Numbered from the whole stretch's first letter, positions 22,690-36,799 are shown. The stretch: DNA of 60,694 nucleotides, filler included, from Jimgerdemannia flammicorona (GCA_003990765.1; 3 parts of 3 records of this genome joined end to end with filler, not necessarily neighbours in it), one strand, 5' to 3'. The notes: generated by a model not told the origin, from the letters alone. Numbers and translations are program-made.

Positions 22690-24130
22690 CCCCAGCTTCC
22701 TAATATTCAGCTTGATAGAGAGAAGAGAAGAATAGATACTAGAAGAACTAGATGATCATTGTCTGGCAGAGTATATATAAGTACTGGTGGAGCTATCACA
22801 GAGGGCAGAGATATAACTGCTGATAGTGGGTGGATCTGGAAAAAAATCCAGATATAACTACTGATAGTAGGGCTGAGCAGGTGAAGCATATAGAGAAAGA
22901 AGACCTGGTAGATAGTGTGATAGATCTAACAGTAGCTCTATTACTTAAGAAGTCAATCTCTGAATTTATTATCACTTTATACTTCTGAGGACTAGTAGTA
23001 ATAGCCAAGATAGTTTTGGATTTGATTGTAAACTAGGTGGCTAGAGTGGTCTTAGTGAAGTTTCTATAGAGATTAGAGGAGATTGAGGTGGAGTTTGAGG
23101 AGGTAGGGCCATTGAAGGAGGTCTTGAGAACTGAGTTAGCAGTTAGAAAAATAGTAGTATTGATGACTTAGTATCTGAGATGGGACCCAAGAGTGGTTCA
23201 GCTCTTAGTAAAAGAAATATTCATAGTAATAACTATTGAGACAAGACAGAGAGTAGAGGAGACTATGAAGGAGTATGATAATATAGTAGATATTAGATTT
23301 TGGGTCTGGAAGAGGATCTTATTCAGAACAGAGGATGTGAATATCTGACTCTAGCTTACTGAGAAGAAGGCTACTAGAAAGACTTAGGATTGGCCTTCAG
23401 TACTAATATAGAGAGCTTTTGTTTACAAGCTAATAAGAATGAAAGAAAGTGAGGAGAAACTGAGTAGAGTGATAGAGTAGTATGCAGCAGCCTGGAGGGC
23501 TTATAAAGCATCAATATATTTGAAAGTAGTAAATGATAAGAGAATTTATATAGACAAGATGATGTGGAAGAAGGTATAAAAGAGAAAGTATTAGTAGGAT
23601 CTATTGGCTGAACTGAAGGAGAGAATAACAGTGAGGACTGAAGAGAGTATAAAAGAAATGAAGAAGAGTGATTGAGCTGATAATAGTATAAGAGTGAAGG
23701 AGAGAGATATGGTGGTGAGCAGGGAGGTAAGGAGTCAGTAGCTCTATAATGATAGTATATATATTTGAGGTCTGGGAGGAGAAGGAGAAATGATAGAAAA
23801 GAACCAATGTTCATAATAGGAGAGTTGTGATGAGAGATATATACAGGGTTCAGTTTGGGATATCAGATATAGCCAAGAGAGAGCAGATTGTCAGAGTGGA
23901 GGATGAGCTATAGGATATATCAGAGAAGAAGTAGGATGAGTCTACCAGTACTAGTATAGATACTATCTTACTGAAGGAGAAGAGACCTGTAACTTCTGAT
24001 GGAAAGCATATTAGTAATATACACTAGATAAGTATAATGATGAATAAGCTGTCTATCAAGAAGCTGAGAGAAGTGGACTTATATATTGTCAGTAAGAAAT
24101 ACTAGATAAGGATGTTAAGGAGTGATAAAG
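22690..24130 (+). mobile_element. Degenerate LINE 5'/ORF1 region related to the LINE at 56311-59230
   Basis: Reverse complement of ~22900-23110 aligns with ~58600-58800 (aacttcactaagaccactctagcc vs aacttcactgaagctgctctagcc; gacttcttaagtaat vs gacttcttgagtaat). Confidence 0.7.
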
Positions 24131-24269
24131 TGGGTCACCTTTCTCTGGTACAACTTAAACTAGTGAACATGTGCTGTTCTATCAAGATCCACTTATTGTT
24201 CTATATAAACTGATATCAAATACTTTATTTAAGGACAATTGGTACTCTGAACAAGTCAGTTCAAATTAA

Positions 24270-24560
24270 TTTAAATTATGACTATTTCTAATTAACTGAT
24301 CTGAATTCATCATATGATTAATTTGAATCAATTTGAATTCATCACATGATTAATTTGAATCAGTTTGAATTGTGACTACTCTGATTTGAATCTTTGAATT
24401 GCTGATTTGAATTACTAGATTTGAATTACTAAATTTGAATCACTAGATTCAAATCTTCAGATTCAAATTGTTAAATTCAAATCACTAGACTTGAACCACC
24501 TGATTTGAATCTCAAATTTGAATCACCTGATTTAAATCTCAAATTCGAACCTATCACATG
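24270..24560. repeat. Array of ATTTGAAT(C/T) / GATTCAAAT motifs in both orientations
   Basis: More than 15 short motif copies, with an orientation switch around 24445-24480. Confidence 0.65.
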
Positions 24561-24574
24561 ATTTATCAGTATAT

Positions 24575-24919
24575 TGTAATGTAGTAGACATGGAATTTTG
24601 GAAGTATATTGGATTTCTGTATCTTGAAAACTTGATCTTCTTTGACTCTACAGAGTTCTTGGGATACAGGAGTGGGTGAGTTTAAAGTGTATCTATCTGC
24701 AGGCTTACTTGTTCCTTTGCTTTCTCTTTACTTTGAACTATTTCGATCTAAGGTTTATTTACTCTAAGATACTGAGTTATTTATACAAGTTTACTAGCTA
24801 TAAGGTGGCTAAGTTATGAGTCATTTTGCTAATAGCAAAGTATTCACTAGTAGCAAAGTATTCACTAATAGCAAAGTATTCACTAGTAGCAAAGTTCTAT
24901 GACTGGCTATACTATAATA
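24575..24919 (-). repeat. Solo LTR related to family D
   Basis: 24575-24820 aligns with 43557-43820. Internal 18-bp tandem tagcaaagtattcacta[g/a] x3.5. End ggctatactataata resembles ggctgtactgtcaca. Confidence 0.75.
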
Positions 24920-24949
24920 AATCAGAAAATCAGATTCATATACCATGAT

Positions 24950-25864
24950 CAAATGTCTATTTTCTGTTTTGATTTCATACCATATATCATAATATATAAA
25001 TAAAAGAATGTGTGAGCAAAATATATACAAATATATATATATACTATATCAATATCAACAGACCAGTCATTAATATTTTACAGTACTGATGACACTTCAA
25101 GTCAGACTTCTTTAAATAATATTCAATCTTCTTTGAATAATATTCTATACTATACTCCTCATTCTGAAGTCTGGTAATATTGTACTAAGACTAGTAAAAA
25201 TAAAGTCACTTGTAAGTATTGTAGGTAATTTTTTTTTTTTTATAAAAAAAGTAAAACTTGTAATGCTTTGAATATAGTTTGTTTGATATATATGTAAAAT
25301 TTTTAAAATATAGACAGAAGTATAAGATATATAGTGGCTCTACTATAAATATAATAAAGTACATAAAAGCTCAATATTCAGATAAAATAGAATTAAATAT
25401 AATATTAAGTAAAATTGATATTTCAGCTATAGTAAGTAGATGATCTCTCTCTCTTATTTTAGTATAGATTCAAAAATATATCTTTTACACCTCTTAAGTT
25501 TTTTCTTCTTTTTTTCTGAAAAATAATTTAGTTATATTCTGTATTGGAGTTTCAAAATAGACTTTTTTATTAGATTATATGTGAAAACCAACCATTTATA
25601 GCTATTGAGAGTACTTTATTACAAAGTCTCTTTAGTCTTATCAAGCCTTATTTATATACTCCAAGTACTGATACTATTTATAATAATATTATAGAGACCT
25701 ATAAAAAAGAGTATAATAATCTCTATCAAAAACTTTAGGTAAGAGTATTTATATTGTTATCAGTAATATTAAAGATATCATTGAATCAAATATGGTTACT
25801 AACTATATTTCAAATTTTACTACGGAGTATAGTGGGTAAAATTTCATTTATAATTAATATCTAG
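24950..25864 (+). mobile_element. hAT-like transposon relic, 5' part; probably resumes at 38364-39178 after the family B insertion
   Basis: KVTCKYC (BED finger-like) at ~25202. Homologous to 10940-11130 right up to the insertion point. Confidence 0.5.
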
Positions 25865-28117
25865 TGTGACGTCAGGTTTGTATCCTTAGTTCTCTTCAGG
25901 TATGACTCAAGGTGCCACTTGGTGAAGCACGCGATGTATAACTGAAGGCGTTGGTGACATTCGCGAGTTGATGGTCACGTGACAGGTCGTTCGAAATGTG
26001 CGATAATTGATAATAGCGGGAGATCGTTCGATGATGGCTCAATTGTTTAGTGGATAAGGGCGGCGATTATGCTGGCTAAGTCCCCTGGCGGCGGCTAACT
26101 TGGCGGCAAACTCGGCAACGGTCTTGACTTTAAACGGTTTGTGGTGCAGTAGGTCTGAAAAACAGAGATTGATGGCTCGCTCATCCATCTTAACTTGTTA
26201 GGTTCCTGGCAGTCGTTTGGGTCTTTGGCAGCGGGTCGGTCCTTGGCGGTCTAGTATCCTTTGACTGGGTATCCTTGGGTTTCTGGGTCTTGAATCTCAA
26301 ATGGTGGCGGTCTGAATAGCGGCGGTCGAATGGCGGCAGTCGTAGTCTTGAATCCTTGGCTGGGTCTCGGGTCTCAAATGGCAGTCAAATGGCGGCGGTC
26401 GGGTAACATTTTCTTTCCGTGGCAAGAGAAAATTCTTTAACTCAAACCTCGAGCGATCATTGCTCTAGTTGTCTTGTTCTCAGAATTTATCTGGTCTCTT
26501 GGAGGCAGTGGTTATTTCTCAAAACCAGTTGACTGAGGGTTTATTCATTCTAAGGATATGGGTTATTTATACAAGTTTGCTAGCTATGAGGGGCATGACT
26601 AAGGCTAAGGTATACTACATTGTGGCGAACTTCGCTATACTATTGGCTTGCACGATGCGAGGTGCAGACTATTGTTTACTATGGATTGGGTTGTAGGGGA
26701 TAGCAATACTGGATTCAGATGAGCAGACAGGAGTGCTGATTGTTGCCAGAAACGGTTGTGGAGGGTAGCAATGCTGGATTCGGACTTGCTGACAAAATGC
26801 TGAAAATGGTGGTACTGGATAGCAATGCTGGAAACAGTTGTGCTGGGTAGCAATGCTGGATTCAGACTTGCTGACTTGCTGACATGAAGGCTGCACAATT
26901 CTCATGGCTGATGGGTGGTACTTCTAGAGGAAATAGTACCCTTCGTCCGCAGTGGGCAAATCTTGCTGGGTTAAGATTTCTTCTTCATCATACCTCTCCT
27001 CAAAAGGGGGAAGCACCGGCCAAGAGGTGAGGGGGTAGAAAAGTGGCCAGTCATCTTCAACAACATTCTCCAACCCTTGAACAGCTTGAATGTGGACAGA
27101 GGACTGGTAGACTCTCTGTTGCTCCTCTTTTTCTTCTGAAAACTCGTCAGTTTCAGTATCAGAGGGGGTTTCTTCAGGGGCAGGGTCTTGGAGTTCTTGG
27201 GCTTCCTCTTCAAAGACAGGGACTTCTTGGGCTTCTTCTTGATTCGGTTCCCAAATGATGAGATGTGAATTGTGGCTGACAGGGTGGTGGGTGGTTGGGG
27301 TAGCTCCAACAGGTGCTTCTATGGTAATGGGTGGACCTTCAAATATCTCCATAAGACTCATTAGGTGACCTTGATGGTTGTCTTAGAGTGGGGTAGTGTG
27401 GAAACCTGGCTGAGTAGGTTCGGTTTGTTGGCTTCCTATGGCGACGCGGTTGCTGCCAGTAGAGTTGGCTACTTTAGATTCTATCCAGTCAGCATCTTCA
27501 GTTGAAAGGTGGGAGAGGCTGCCAGCCATTACTCCTTGCAAGTGTGCTATGGCCCAGGGAATATGGCAGAAGATTTGGTGGACACGGAGGGCTCTCTTGA
27601 TTAGCCAGCTAGTGGTTATCAATTCGGTAATGAGGCCTTCCTGGTCGTCTTCTTGAGTCTCATTGCAAAGGTGGTGTCCGATTTCATAGTCATGCCAGAG
27701 GGTCATTCATTCGGTAGTATCTTTGAGCTGCTGGGTCATTATATACCAGTAGTTGATGAAGTGTCCAAGGTCCTCAGTATAGAAGTTCAAGTGTTCAGAA
27801 GTATCTGGGCACCAGATGGCCTTCTTGATAGCTTCAAAGATCAGGGTCTTTGGGCCAGGCAAAGGGGTAGAGTGGCGGGAGGTCTGGTTGGATTGGCAAA
27901 TGGGAGGCATTGTGTGGTGGGTACTTGGTTCTTTGGTGCTGATCCCTGAGGCAGAGTATGGTTCCTTAAATAACATGGTCTTCATTTTGGCTCAGATCAT
28001 CTTATCTTCTTTTGGGATGATCATCTAATGGATCAGGCTACCTATTTGATTGTCATGCCATTATGTTGTCTGATCTTAGCAGTCACTGGTACTCTGTTGT
28101 CAATTGCTTACATCACA
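25865..28117 (-). repeat. Family B 3' LTR
   Basis: TGTGACGT...ACATCACA termini. PPT AAGGGGCAGA at 28118-28127. TATA at 26564-26571. Confidence 0.88.
26924..27910 (-). pseudogene. Family B U3 accessory ORF (328 aa restored), two in-frame stops
   Basis: Track ORFs 27707-27985, 27383-27706 and 26924-27361 share one frame. Same 987-nt length as the 5' LTR copy. Confidence 0.75.
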
Positions 28118-28442
28118 TCTGCCCCTTGCAAAATTAGAGCCGTCCTCGGCGGTGAAGGTTACACAGAGTTGGGTGGTCTTAACTCTAGGGACGAGCAGAA
28201 TGTCAGTGCATTTGTGAGGACTGGCCATCCTTGTCTAGGGCGAGGGCTCCCATAGTCACGGCTGGGGGTTCGAACCCATCGGAAATAGTTTTACTTGTAA
28301 TCCGAGGCAATTTCTTAGTAACAATATCTGTCACATGGATGGGCTTGAGTCTGGTTCCAATGTTGTTGGCTTTCTTGAGTTCCGAGTGAAATGTCCATTA
28401 TATCTCCAATAGAGATGATACAGACAGAGTGAACAGGATTGT

Positions 28443-30990
28443 TCAAATGCATTTTGCTTCTCTTGAGTAGTAGGGTCTTATGCAGTTGTGGTATATCTTG
28501 GTCTTGAGTATAACTCCATCCAAGGTCTTGAGTTAATAAGTGTGGTTCGAGAATACTTGGTGTATGAGATAGGGGCCTTCCCATTTTGGTTCAAGCTTGG
28601 CACTCCAATTTCCTTCTATGATGGTACGGTACACCAGGACCTTTTGTCCAATGAGCAGGGGTTCGAGGTCAGCTTTGCGGTCGTAGTACCTCTTTTGTCG
28701 TTCTTGTGCCTTGGCAATAAATCCTCATGCTTACTGGCATATGTCATGTAACCGGGTGATCTCTTCTGTAACTCGTTTTGACAGATCTAGCTGGACTAGT
28801 TCAGTAGGATCTTGTGCTTCTCAGCCATATACCAAATAGAAGGGGGTCTGTTGGGTAGTGGTTGCCTTAGAGGTATGAATGCTGAACAGAATTGCCAGTA
28901 GATAGATGTCCTAGTTTAGTTGATCTCCAGTCCTACTGAGACCTCACTTGATGGTCTGGTTCATTCATTCAGTGAGTCCATTTGCCTGAGGGTGGTAGGC
29001 TGTTGTTGGTCATAGCTTGATCTTGAAGTTGCTCGCAAAGGTCTTCATGGCTTGGTTGACGAATTCTTGGCCTTGGTCTGTAATGGTTTCCTTTGGCACA
29101 CCATGGCGGCTGAAAACGTCATCATACAGGATCCCAATAATTGTCTGAGCATTGGCCGTCTCAATAGCAAAGACTTCAGGCCATTTTGTCAGATGGTCTT
29201 CGATAGTGAGGATGTAGCGTCTTCCTCGGCTGGTTACTGGTAGGGGTCCAATAATGTCTATTCCCAGTCTTTGAAAGGCTCCAGCTGGTGCTGCAATCAG
29301 TATTAATGGTGCTCTATCAGTAGGCTTTTATCAGTATCTTTGGCAGGTATCACATTGTTGAATGTGCATTGAAATTTGTTTTCTCATCTTGGGCCACCAG
29401 TATCACTTCTTGATTCTTGCAATTGTGGTGCCAATTCCTCGGTGTGCATTTTGGTCATGATTTTTTGTCAGGATCTTCGATATTTCTTCTTCTCTTGGAA
29501 CTCAGGTGTACTGCTCTCCTTCTACTCTCCAAAGTTCACCATCGCCTTCTTGGAATTTCTTGAAATTCCTTTAGATAAACAACTTGTGGGCTGGTTGGAT
29601 TCCTTTCTTGAAGCTTCTATGGTGCAGGCTCCAGGTAAGGGTGAGGCGCAATTCTTGGTTCATTTGGGTGAGCAGGAAGTAGCCTTCTCTTGTAGGGGCT
29701 CCTTCCCTTCTTGTTGGTTTCATGGGATTCTTGACAGGGTATCGACGTTGGAATTCTTAGCACCTTTCTTGTAGACAACAGTGAACTGATATTCTTGCAG
29801 AGACATGATCCATCTAGCGAAGATTCCTGAGGGCTCCGGCTTGTTGAACAACCATTGTAGAGCTTGATGGTCAGTAATGAGGGCGAATCTCTTTCCCAAG
29901 AGATAGTGTCGGAAGTGGTCCACAGCCCAAACTACTGCTAGGCATTCCAACTTAGTGGCTCCATAGTTTGCTTGTGTTTCATTTGTGGCCTTGCTAGCAT
30001 ATTCGATAACATGCTCTCTCTTCTGGTCATCTTGCTGAGACAGAAATGATCCAAGTCCTAAGGCTGAGGCATCAGTTGCCAGGATGAATGGTTTGCCAAA
30101 GTCTGGTCGCACCAGGACAGGGGCTTCGGTAAGGGCCTTCTTGAGAGGTTGAATGACTTTTATTGTTCTTTTTTCCAGTAGAATGGTTGGTCCTTCTTGG
30201 AGATATCTCGGAGAGGTGCTGCCTTATCTGAAAACCTTGGGATGAATCATCGATAGTAGGATGCCAGCATAAGGAAAGATAGGGTCTCCTTGGCTGAGGT
30301 CGGGGTTGGGTAGTTCTTGACTTTCTCCACCTTGTGGGGATCGGCATGTGTTCCTTGAGCTGAGACAACATATCCCAGATATTCAACTTGATGTTTTCTG
30401 AAGAAGCACTTCTTGGCATTGAGTCTGGGTCCTGAATTTCGAATGATATTGAATACTTCACGGAGGTCTTGCAAATGCTGCTTGAATGTCTCAGAGTAGA
30501 TAATTACATCATCTATGTATACTAGTACATTTCTTCCAATGAGGTCTTGGTAGACATAGTTCATCATTTGTTGGAATGAGGCAGGTGCATTGCAGAGTCC
30601 AAAGGGCATTCGTAGGTATTCGTACTGTCCTCATCTGGTGATGAAGGCCATCTTGCAGATATCTTCTTTGGCAATGGGTATTACTTGGAATCCTTGGAAC
30701 TGGTTGGTAGTGGTCATATATTTGGCTTTTCTGAGGGCATTGATGAGGTCATCAATTCTTGGAAGTGGGTAGGCATCTTCTGTGGTGACTTTGTTGAGTT
30801 TTCTGAAATCCACGACTAATCTCCATCCTCCTTTCTTTGGTACTATGATTGCTGGTGAAGCCCAGGGGCTTGATGATGGTCTGATGACTCTATTTTATAG
30901 TATTTCATCTATGTGTTGTTGTTCGAATTCAATCAGATGATGTGGTGTTTGGTAGGGTCGTTGTCAGATTGGTCTTGCATCTCCAGTATG
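28443..30990 (-). pseudogene. Family B pol: RT, RNase H and integrase with GPY/F tail, no chromodomain seen
   Basis: DFRKLN, DAYPLPRID, MPFGLCNAPASFQ, YIDD, TDASALGLG, TDHQAL and KLEPKWEGPY. Scattered stops and frameshifts. Confidence 0.93.
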
Positions 30991-31554
30991 TATAGGGTGT
31001 TCTCCATATTGATATGGTGAGAAGTTATCATATGTGGTGGTAAATATATCTTTGTACTCCTCTATCAACTCCTGTATCTGTTGTTGCTGGTCCTTGGTCA
31101 GAGTTGTCTCGATGTTGACGGCTTTGATTGCTGAATTTGCTGAGTCTTCCTCCCTGATACCATCAGTCTCACCAGAGAGGGCTTGCTGTTTCCCAAGAAT
31201 TCGAAGACTTCTTCCTCGTAGGTGTCTATCAGTGGTTCAAAATATCCCAGTGTTGTTCCCTTGGGGATAGTTATCACTTTGAAGCCCAAGTTTCTGATAG
31301 GGATGTGGATCGGTGACATCTGGTCATAAATTCGTTCTTCAGCCAGGAGGATGTGGTATTCCTTTTGAAGCTCCAGTGATGGTGCAAATATCAAGTTGTT
31401 TGCTTCTACTGGTAGGTGCATGTCTAAGCCTTTTTGCTGGTAGGGCTGCAGGAGGATGTCTTCTCTTGCTTGGATCAGGTGGTAGATGTGGGGTCTCATT
31501 TGTTGGAATTGAGCAACTGTTGCCAAATGAACCTCGATAGGTGGTATCTGTAGA

Positions 31555-31975
31555 TTTCTATTGGTGCTTCCAAAGCCTCCTTGTCCTCTGTTGGTATCTT
31601 CTAGTTGGTCTACCTCTTGAATGGTCGGCTGTGATGTCTTGATAAATAGGATTTGGCAGATGGCTTCCATAGAATTGAAGAATTGGCTGGTTCTACTAGA
31701 ATTGCAGATAATGGCCTTCAAGGGACCTTGGTAGTCCTGATCGATGACTCCTCCTTCTACTGTGACTCCTTTGGTTGCCCATGAGGATCTTGAGGCCAAT
31801 TGTCCATAATGCCCAGGTGGTATAGCGAGTGTGATCTGTAGGTCAAAAGTCCTAGTACTTCTGGGTCGGATTCTTGCTTGGTAGGGGAGGCAGAGGTCAT
31901 AACCAACTGATCCTTCTATTTGTGCAAGAGGTGGCTGTGCCCGGGGTGAAAGCAGCTTGACCTGGATAATTGGTT
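31555..31975 (-). CDS. dUTPase domain within the family B polyprotein, between PR and RT
   Basis: All five motifs present: VGYDL, ASRSS, GGVIDQDYQG, ICQILF, RGQGGFGST. Confidence 0.92.
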
Positions 31976-33119
31976 GAGCTTTGAGGAATGGTGCTTCAGC
32001 TGTTGCCATTGTAGGTGAGAAGTCCATGCGCTCCAGTTTGAAGAAAGGCCAGTGAGCTCCTGTCTTTGAGTTTCTTGTGTAATTGAATCCAGTCTTTCCT
32101 AGAGGGTCCAGAGCTTCCATAAGGATGAAGGCAAGATTGATACCTTCCTTTTCTTGATGAGGGCAGCAAGTACCAGCGAATGATGGCAAGAACTTCCAAT
32201 GGTAGGTCCCAGATAGAGGTCTTGCTCTTGAACTTACAATCTCCTTCATGGTTGATTTCTTTGCACTTCTGACAGGCCCAGCGAATTCGAGGTTCTTGCA
32301 GGGTGGGATCCTTTCTCTTGACTTGACTCTTGTAGACATCTTTGCTGAGGTGAACATCTCGATGTTCACACCAGTAGCAGGTAAAGGTTTTTCCGCAATC
32401 ATAATGTCCCTTCTTGACAAAGTCTTCATTTTGCTGTTTGACCTCCCTACTGGTAGAGAATCTCTTCCGATACTTGTCATAAGTGGGCTGTGTGATCTGG
32501 AGGGCCTGGGTGATAGTATAAGAGCTGTTGCTTTCTCCTTCGATGGTAAGGGACTCGAATGTTTGGCGGGCAAGGATCTTCTGTCCTTCCTTATAGGTCT
32601 TCTTGAAGGTCTTCAGGGTTGGAGGTTGTATTCGGCTATGGGATGGTGCTTGCTTCAATTTGTCCTTGTCGTCAATTTCTGGCATTGGAACCTTCTTGAG
32701 ATCCAGGATTCGGCAATTGCTGCAATCATCTCTTGGTAAGTGGAAGCTGATGAAATGTTCACATATGCCTTGACGAAAGGCTCACATGATCCGATTTTCT
32801 ACCAATGGTGGTGGTGGTTGAGCAGACAGTCCTGTAAACTCAAGTGCTGCCCTTGCATTAATGGCTCTATCAATGCTTTCTTCCAGGCCTTCAACACCAA
32901 TAACTCCAATGAAAGAGTCTTCTTGTTCACTTTCTTGGTTCCTTGGGGCATCGAAATCACTTCCTAGTTCTTGTAGGAAATTGGCCTCGCTTTCATCCTC
33001 AGTAGTAGTGGGGGTGTCGCCATATCCTTGCCATTCTGTTTCTGAGGCTTGATTTGTCCTTTTTGATGATCCTTTCGAGTCAATGGGCACCTAATGCTTC
33101 TGTCCATGAATGGAGAAGA

Positions 33120-35930
33120 CCAGGAGTTGTTTCTTGATATCTACATTGGCTCCGACTCAGCTTAACCAGTCAGTTCCCAGGATCAGGTCATAGGAGGTTG
33201 TGGGGGTCACGATGGCTTTGGGTACATTGAGGCAGGCCTTTCTAACTTAAATGGGGATGTCTCTGATAAGTCCAAGGGGTGTGGAAGCTGATCTGTTGGC
33301 CATGATAACTCTTACTTTGGTTCCTTCATCTATTCTCTATCCAATTCGCTCCAATATCCTTTGGGTGATGATGCATACTGCTGCTCCAGTATCGACGAGA
33401 ATTCTGGCATTTTCACTATGTACTTTTCTGTTGGCGAGTCTTGTAGATTGATGTTCATGTCGCTGGCTCTCATGGACCATGTGGATAGTACTAGGTTCTT
33501 GAGTGTGTGGTCCTTGGACTGGAAGTCTCTTGGTATCTTCCTTGGCTTCTTTCAGGAATTTTCGCCTGACCTCTGGTGCATTCTTGAGGACTTGCTCAAC
33601 TGTAAGACCAGCATTCTGTAGGCGGATATGTTCCCAAAGTGAGGCTGCTGCATGGGGCTTGCTGCTTCTTCGGTGTCTTGGTCCCTTGGAGTGTAGTCTC
33701 TCATTCCTGATGGGCATTTCGTCAGCTGAAGATTCTATGCTCATACACTTATCTTCTTCAAGGTCGGGCAGAGTAGAGCTGGGGGTTGTCCTGAATGGTC
33801 TGGCTTCTGGTTCAGGAGTATCTCTTCTAACTCGCTTCTCCTGTTCTTGTGGAGTGTCTGAAGAAGAATGGCCATGTCACAGATACTTGCCGGTGGATAC
33901 TGTTACTGGCAGTTGAGGTGGGGGGTTCCTTCGTAGTCTTCCTTGTCCTCTAGTCTCTGTGGGGGCAGCTTCCCATGTCACCTTGGATGGAAAAGCCTCG
34001 AAGTATGGGTAGATGTCATCTTCTTAACCATGGAGCCAGGCTGCTTCTTCCATTTCCTGAGTCTCTTCATCTACCTGAAAGAGGTTGACATTTCTGTCAT
34101 TAGACTGGGTGGGTTGGTTCCTTGGACAATTCCTCTGGATGTGGCCTTGATTTCCACAGTTGAAGCAGGTGGGACCATAGGAACTAGTTGCTGATGAGGC
34201 TGTAGTTGCAGCTGGTAGTACAGGAGCAGGACCTCTGTTGTCTTGTTGCCGGTAGTCTGGTCTGTTATCATGACGGTAGTCTTGTTGTCTTCTACCTTGG
34301 TTGTTCAGCTGGGCAACCGCAATGGCCAGGTCCTTCATTTACTTAGTGAGCATTGTCATAGGGTCTTCTTGAACTCTTGATGGTAGCTGCTGCTGTGGTT
34401 GCCTGAATGGAGCCGGATTTGTGGGTGCTGGCCTGTTCTCATAGTTGGCTATCTGGGCTCTGAGGAAGGCATTCTCTTGCTCCATGGTGGTTTCTTGGGT
34501 CCTTGGGATTTCAGCTCGGATTGGCTCAGGATAGCCTTGTACTTGTTGTACTGGTCTATAATCTGCTTCCCAACATCCTTGTGCTCCAGCAACTTGCTGT
34601 TCAATGTTTCGATATCCCATCCTGATAACTTGCCTTCGGAGTTCTAGGTATAAGCCATTGAGGAAGATAGTTGAGGCTAGAGCCAGTTGAACTGCTGGTT
34701 GAAGGTTCGCCTTGATCATTTGAGCTTGAATCTGATGGTAGAAACTCTTGGGGGTTTCATTGGCAGCTTGGCTCATATAGGTCAAAGCCTCCTGTGCTTC
34801 TTGTTAGTGCTCGAATCCATTGAACTGGGCACAGAGCCAGGCTTTGTGAATCATGTATCTTGCTACATGGTTCCTATCAGGTTGAAGGCCATCATTCAGT
34901 TCCTCTGCATGGATTTCTCCTCTGGCTTGCCTGGCTTGATTATACCTCTGTAGGGCTGGTCCTCTCAGGAGTGACTCCACAATTCTGAGTTTTCTTACAG
35001 CATCCCATTGTTTGGCGGCTGCTTGAACTTCGATTTCTCCAAAGAATTCCTCAATATCTTCATTGTCTGCACCATGGAACTTCTGAAGGTAGCTCATGTC
35101 TGGCTCATCTTCACTATCTGAGTATTGTTCAGGGGTGGGGAATCTGGTAGATCCTTGGGGTGGTGGGGAAGGTGGTGGTGCTAGTACTTGATAATCTAGT
35201 GGTACTGGCAGAGAGTGGTGTCTTGGTGAGGGTGAGGGTAATCTGGCTCTTCTAATTAATACTGGGATTGAAGTCCTGGGTATTGATGGAGATCTTCTGA
35301 TTGACTGGTGATAGTGGCAAGGTGTGAGTAACCAGGGTACTGAAGTTCGAGCAACTGATGGTGGGAGTGGACTGATATAACTGATAGTGAGTTCGTCTGC
35401 TCCTTGCTGTTATGAAGTAGTGAGGTCTTGTTCGTCTGGTTGCTGCTGTGGGTTAGTGTTGCTATCTGGATAATAGTATAGTTTGAATTCATCCCTTTGA
35501 TGGTCTGATCCCCAATCGTCGTCTTGCTCTGGTTGATATGGATGATAGTCCTCTTCTCCTTCTGATGTTTCAAAGTATACATAGTTTAGTGGAGTGACTT
35601 GAGTAACAACAGTAGTTATGTAGTCACTTCTGTCTGAGTTCTTCCTATGGATAAGGGTCTGATACTCCTCGGGGATATCCTCTTCTTCTTCTTGGCCTAA
35701 GTCTTGGATCTGAAGGGGTGGTTCTGGTTGTCCTCTGAGTCATCTCCTTTCTCTTGAAGTCAAACCGTAATCTGGGTCACTTCTTTCTTCTGATTTGGTT
35801 TTCTGACTACTGGTGTTGAATAGGGTCCTGGCTACTGTTCTGACAAGGGTGTGGGCTTTCTTTTCTGCTGAGGAGAGCTGTTGCTGCCCCTGGTTTTGTT
35901 GCTGACTTGGTCCTGCTAAGTTCTCCACTG
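33120..35930 (-). pseudogene. Family B gag (capsid, CCHC knuckle) and aspartic protease
   Basis: KFHGADNEDIEEFF capsid start, CFNCGNQGHIQRNC and ILVDTGAAVCII. Confidence 0.88.
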
Positions 35931-35980
35931 TAGATAGCTGGGTTCTTGAGCCAGATGGTCAAGTCTTTTTTGAAAACTTT

Positions 35981-35996
35981 CCCAGTTGAGCCCCCA
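35981..35996 (-). promoter_or_regulatory. Family B primer-binding site, tRNA-Pro type
   Basis: TGGGGGCTCAACTGGG versus the canonical Pro PBS TGGGGGCTCGTCCGGG, 3 nt from the LTR end. Confidence 0.8.
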
Positions 35997-36799
35997 AAAT
36001 GTGGTGTCAGTTATGTATAATGAACTTTGACTGCACAGCTCAATGTGTACCACTTGGTGAAGCATGCGATAGATATGAGTGAATGTGTTGGTGATGTTCA
36101 CGGGTTGATGGTCATATCACAGGTCATTCGATTCGTGCAGTAATAGCGGGAGTTCGATTGTTCATTGGCTCAGGATGTCAATGGCTCAATTGTTTAGTGG
36201 AAAAGGGTGGCAATTATGCTGGCTAAGTTTCCTGGCAGTGATTAACTTGGCGGCAAACTCAGTGACAAACTTGGCGACAAACTCGGTGACAGTCTTGACT
36301 TTAAATGGTTTGTGACACAGTAGGTCAGGAAAACGGAGGTTGATGGCTCGCTCATCTGTCTTGTTTAGCTTGAAAGGGCAGGATAACTTGGGTCTTTGGT
36401 GGTCGTTCTTGCTAGCTGGCGGGTCTTATACTGGTATCCTTGAGTTCCTTGACTTTTTGGGGTCTTGAATCTCGAATGGCGGTCGAATGGCAGTCTGAAT
36501 GGTGGCTGTCGGGTAATGTTTTCTTTCCGTGGCAAGAGAAAATTCTTTAACTCAAACTTCTGAGTGATCCGTTGCTCTAGGTTGTTATCTTATTCTCAGA
36601 ATTTATCTGGTCTCTTGGAGGCAGTGAGGTTTCTCAGTAATTCCTTTTTACTTTTAAACACAAACTGGCTGAGGTTTATTCACTCTAAGAATATGGGTTA
36701 TTTATACAAGTTTGCTAGCTATAGGGGGGGGGCACGACTAAGGCTAAGGTATACTATGTTGTGGCGAACTTCGCTATGCTATTGGCTTGCATGATGTGA

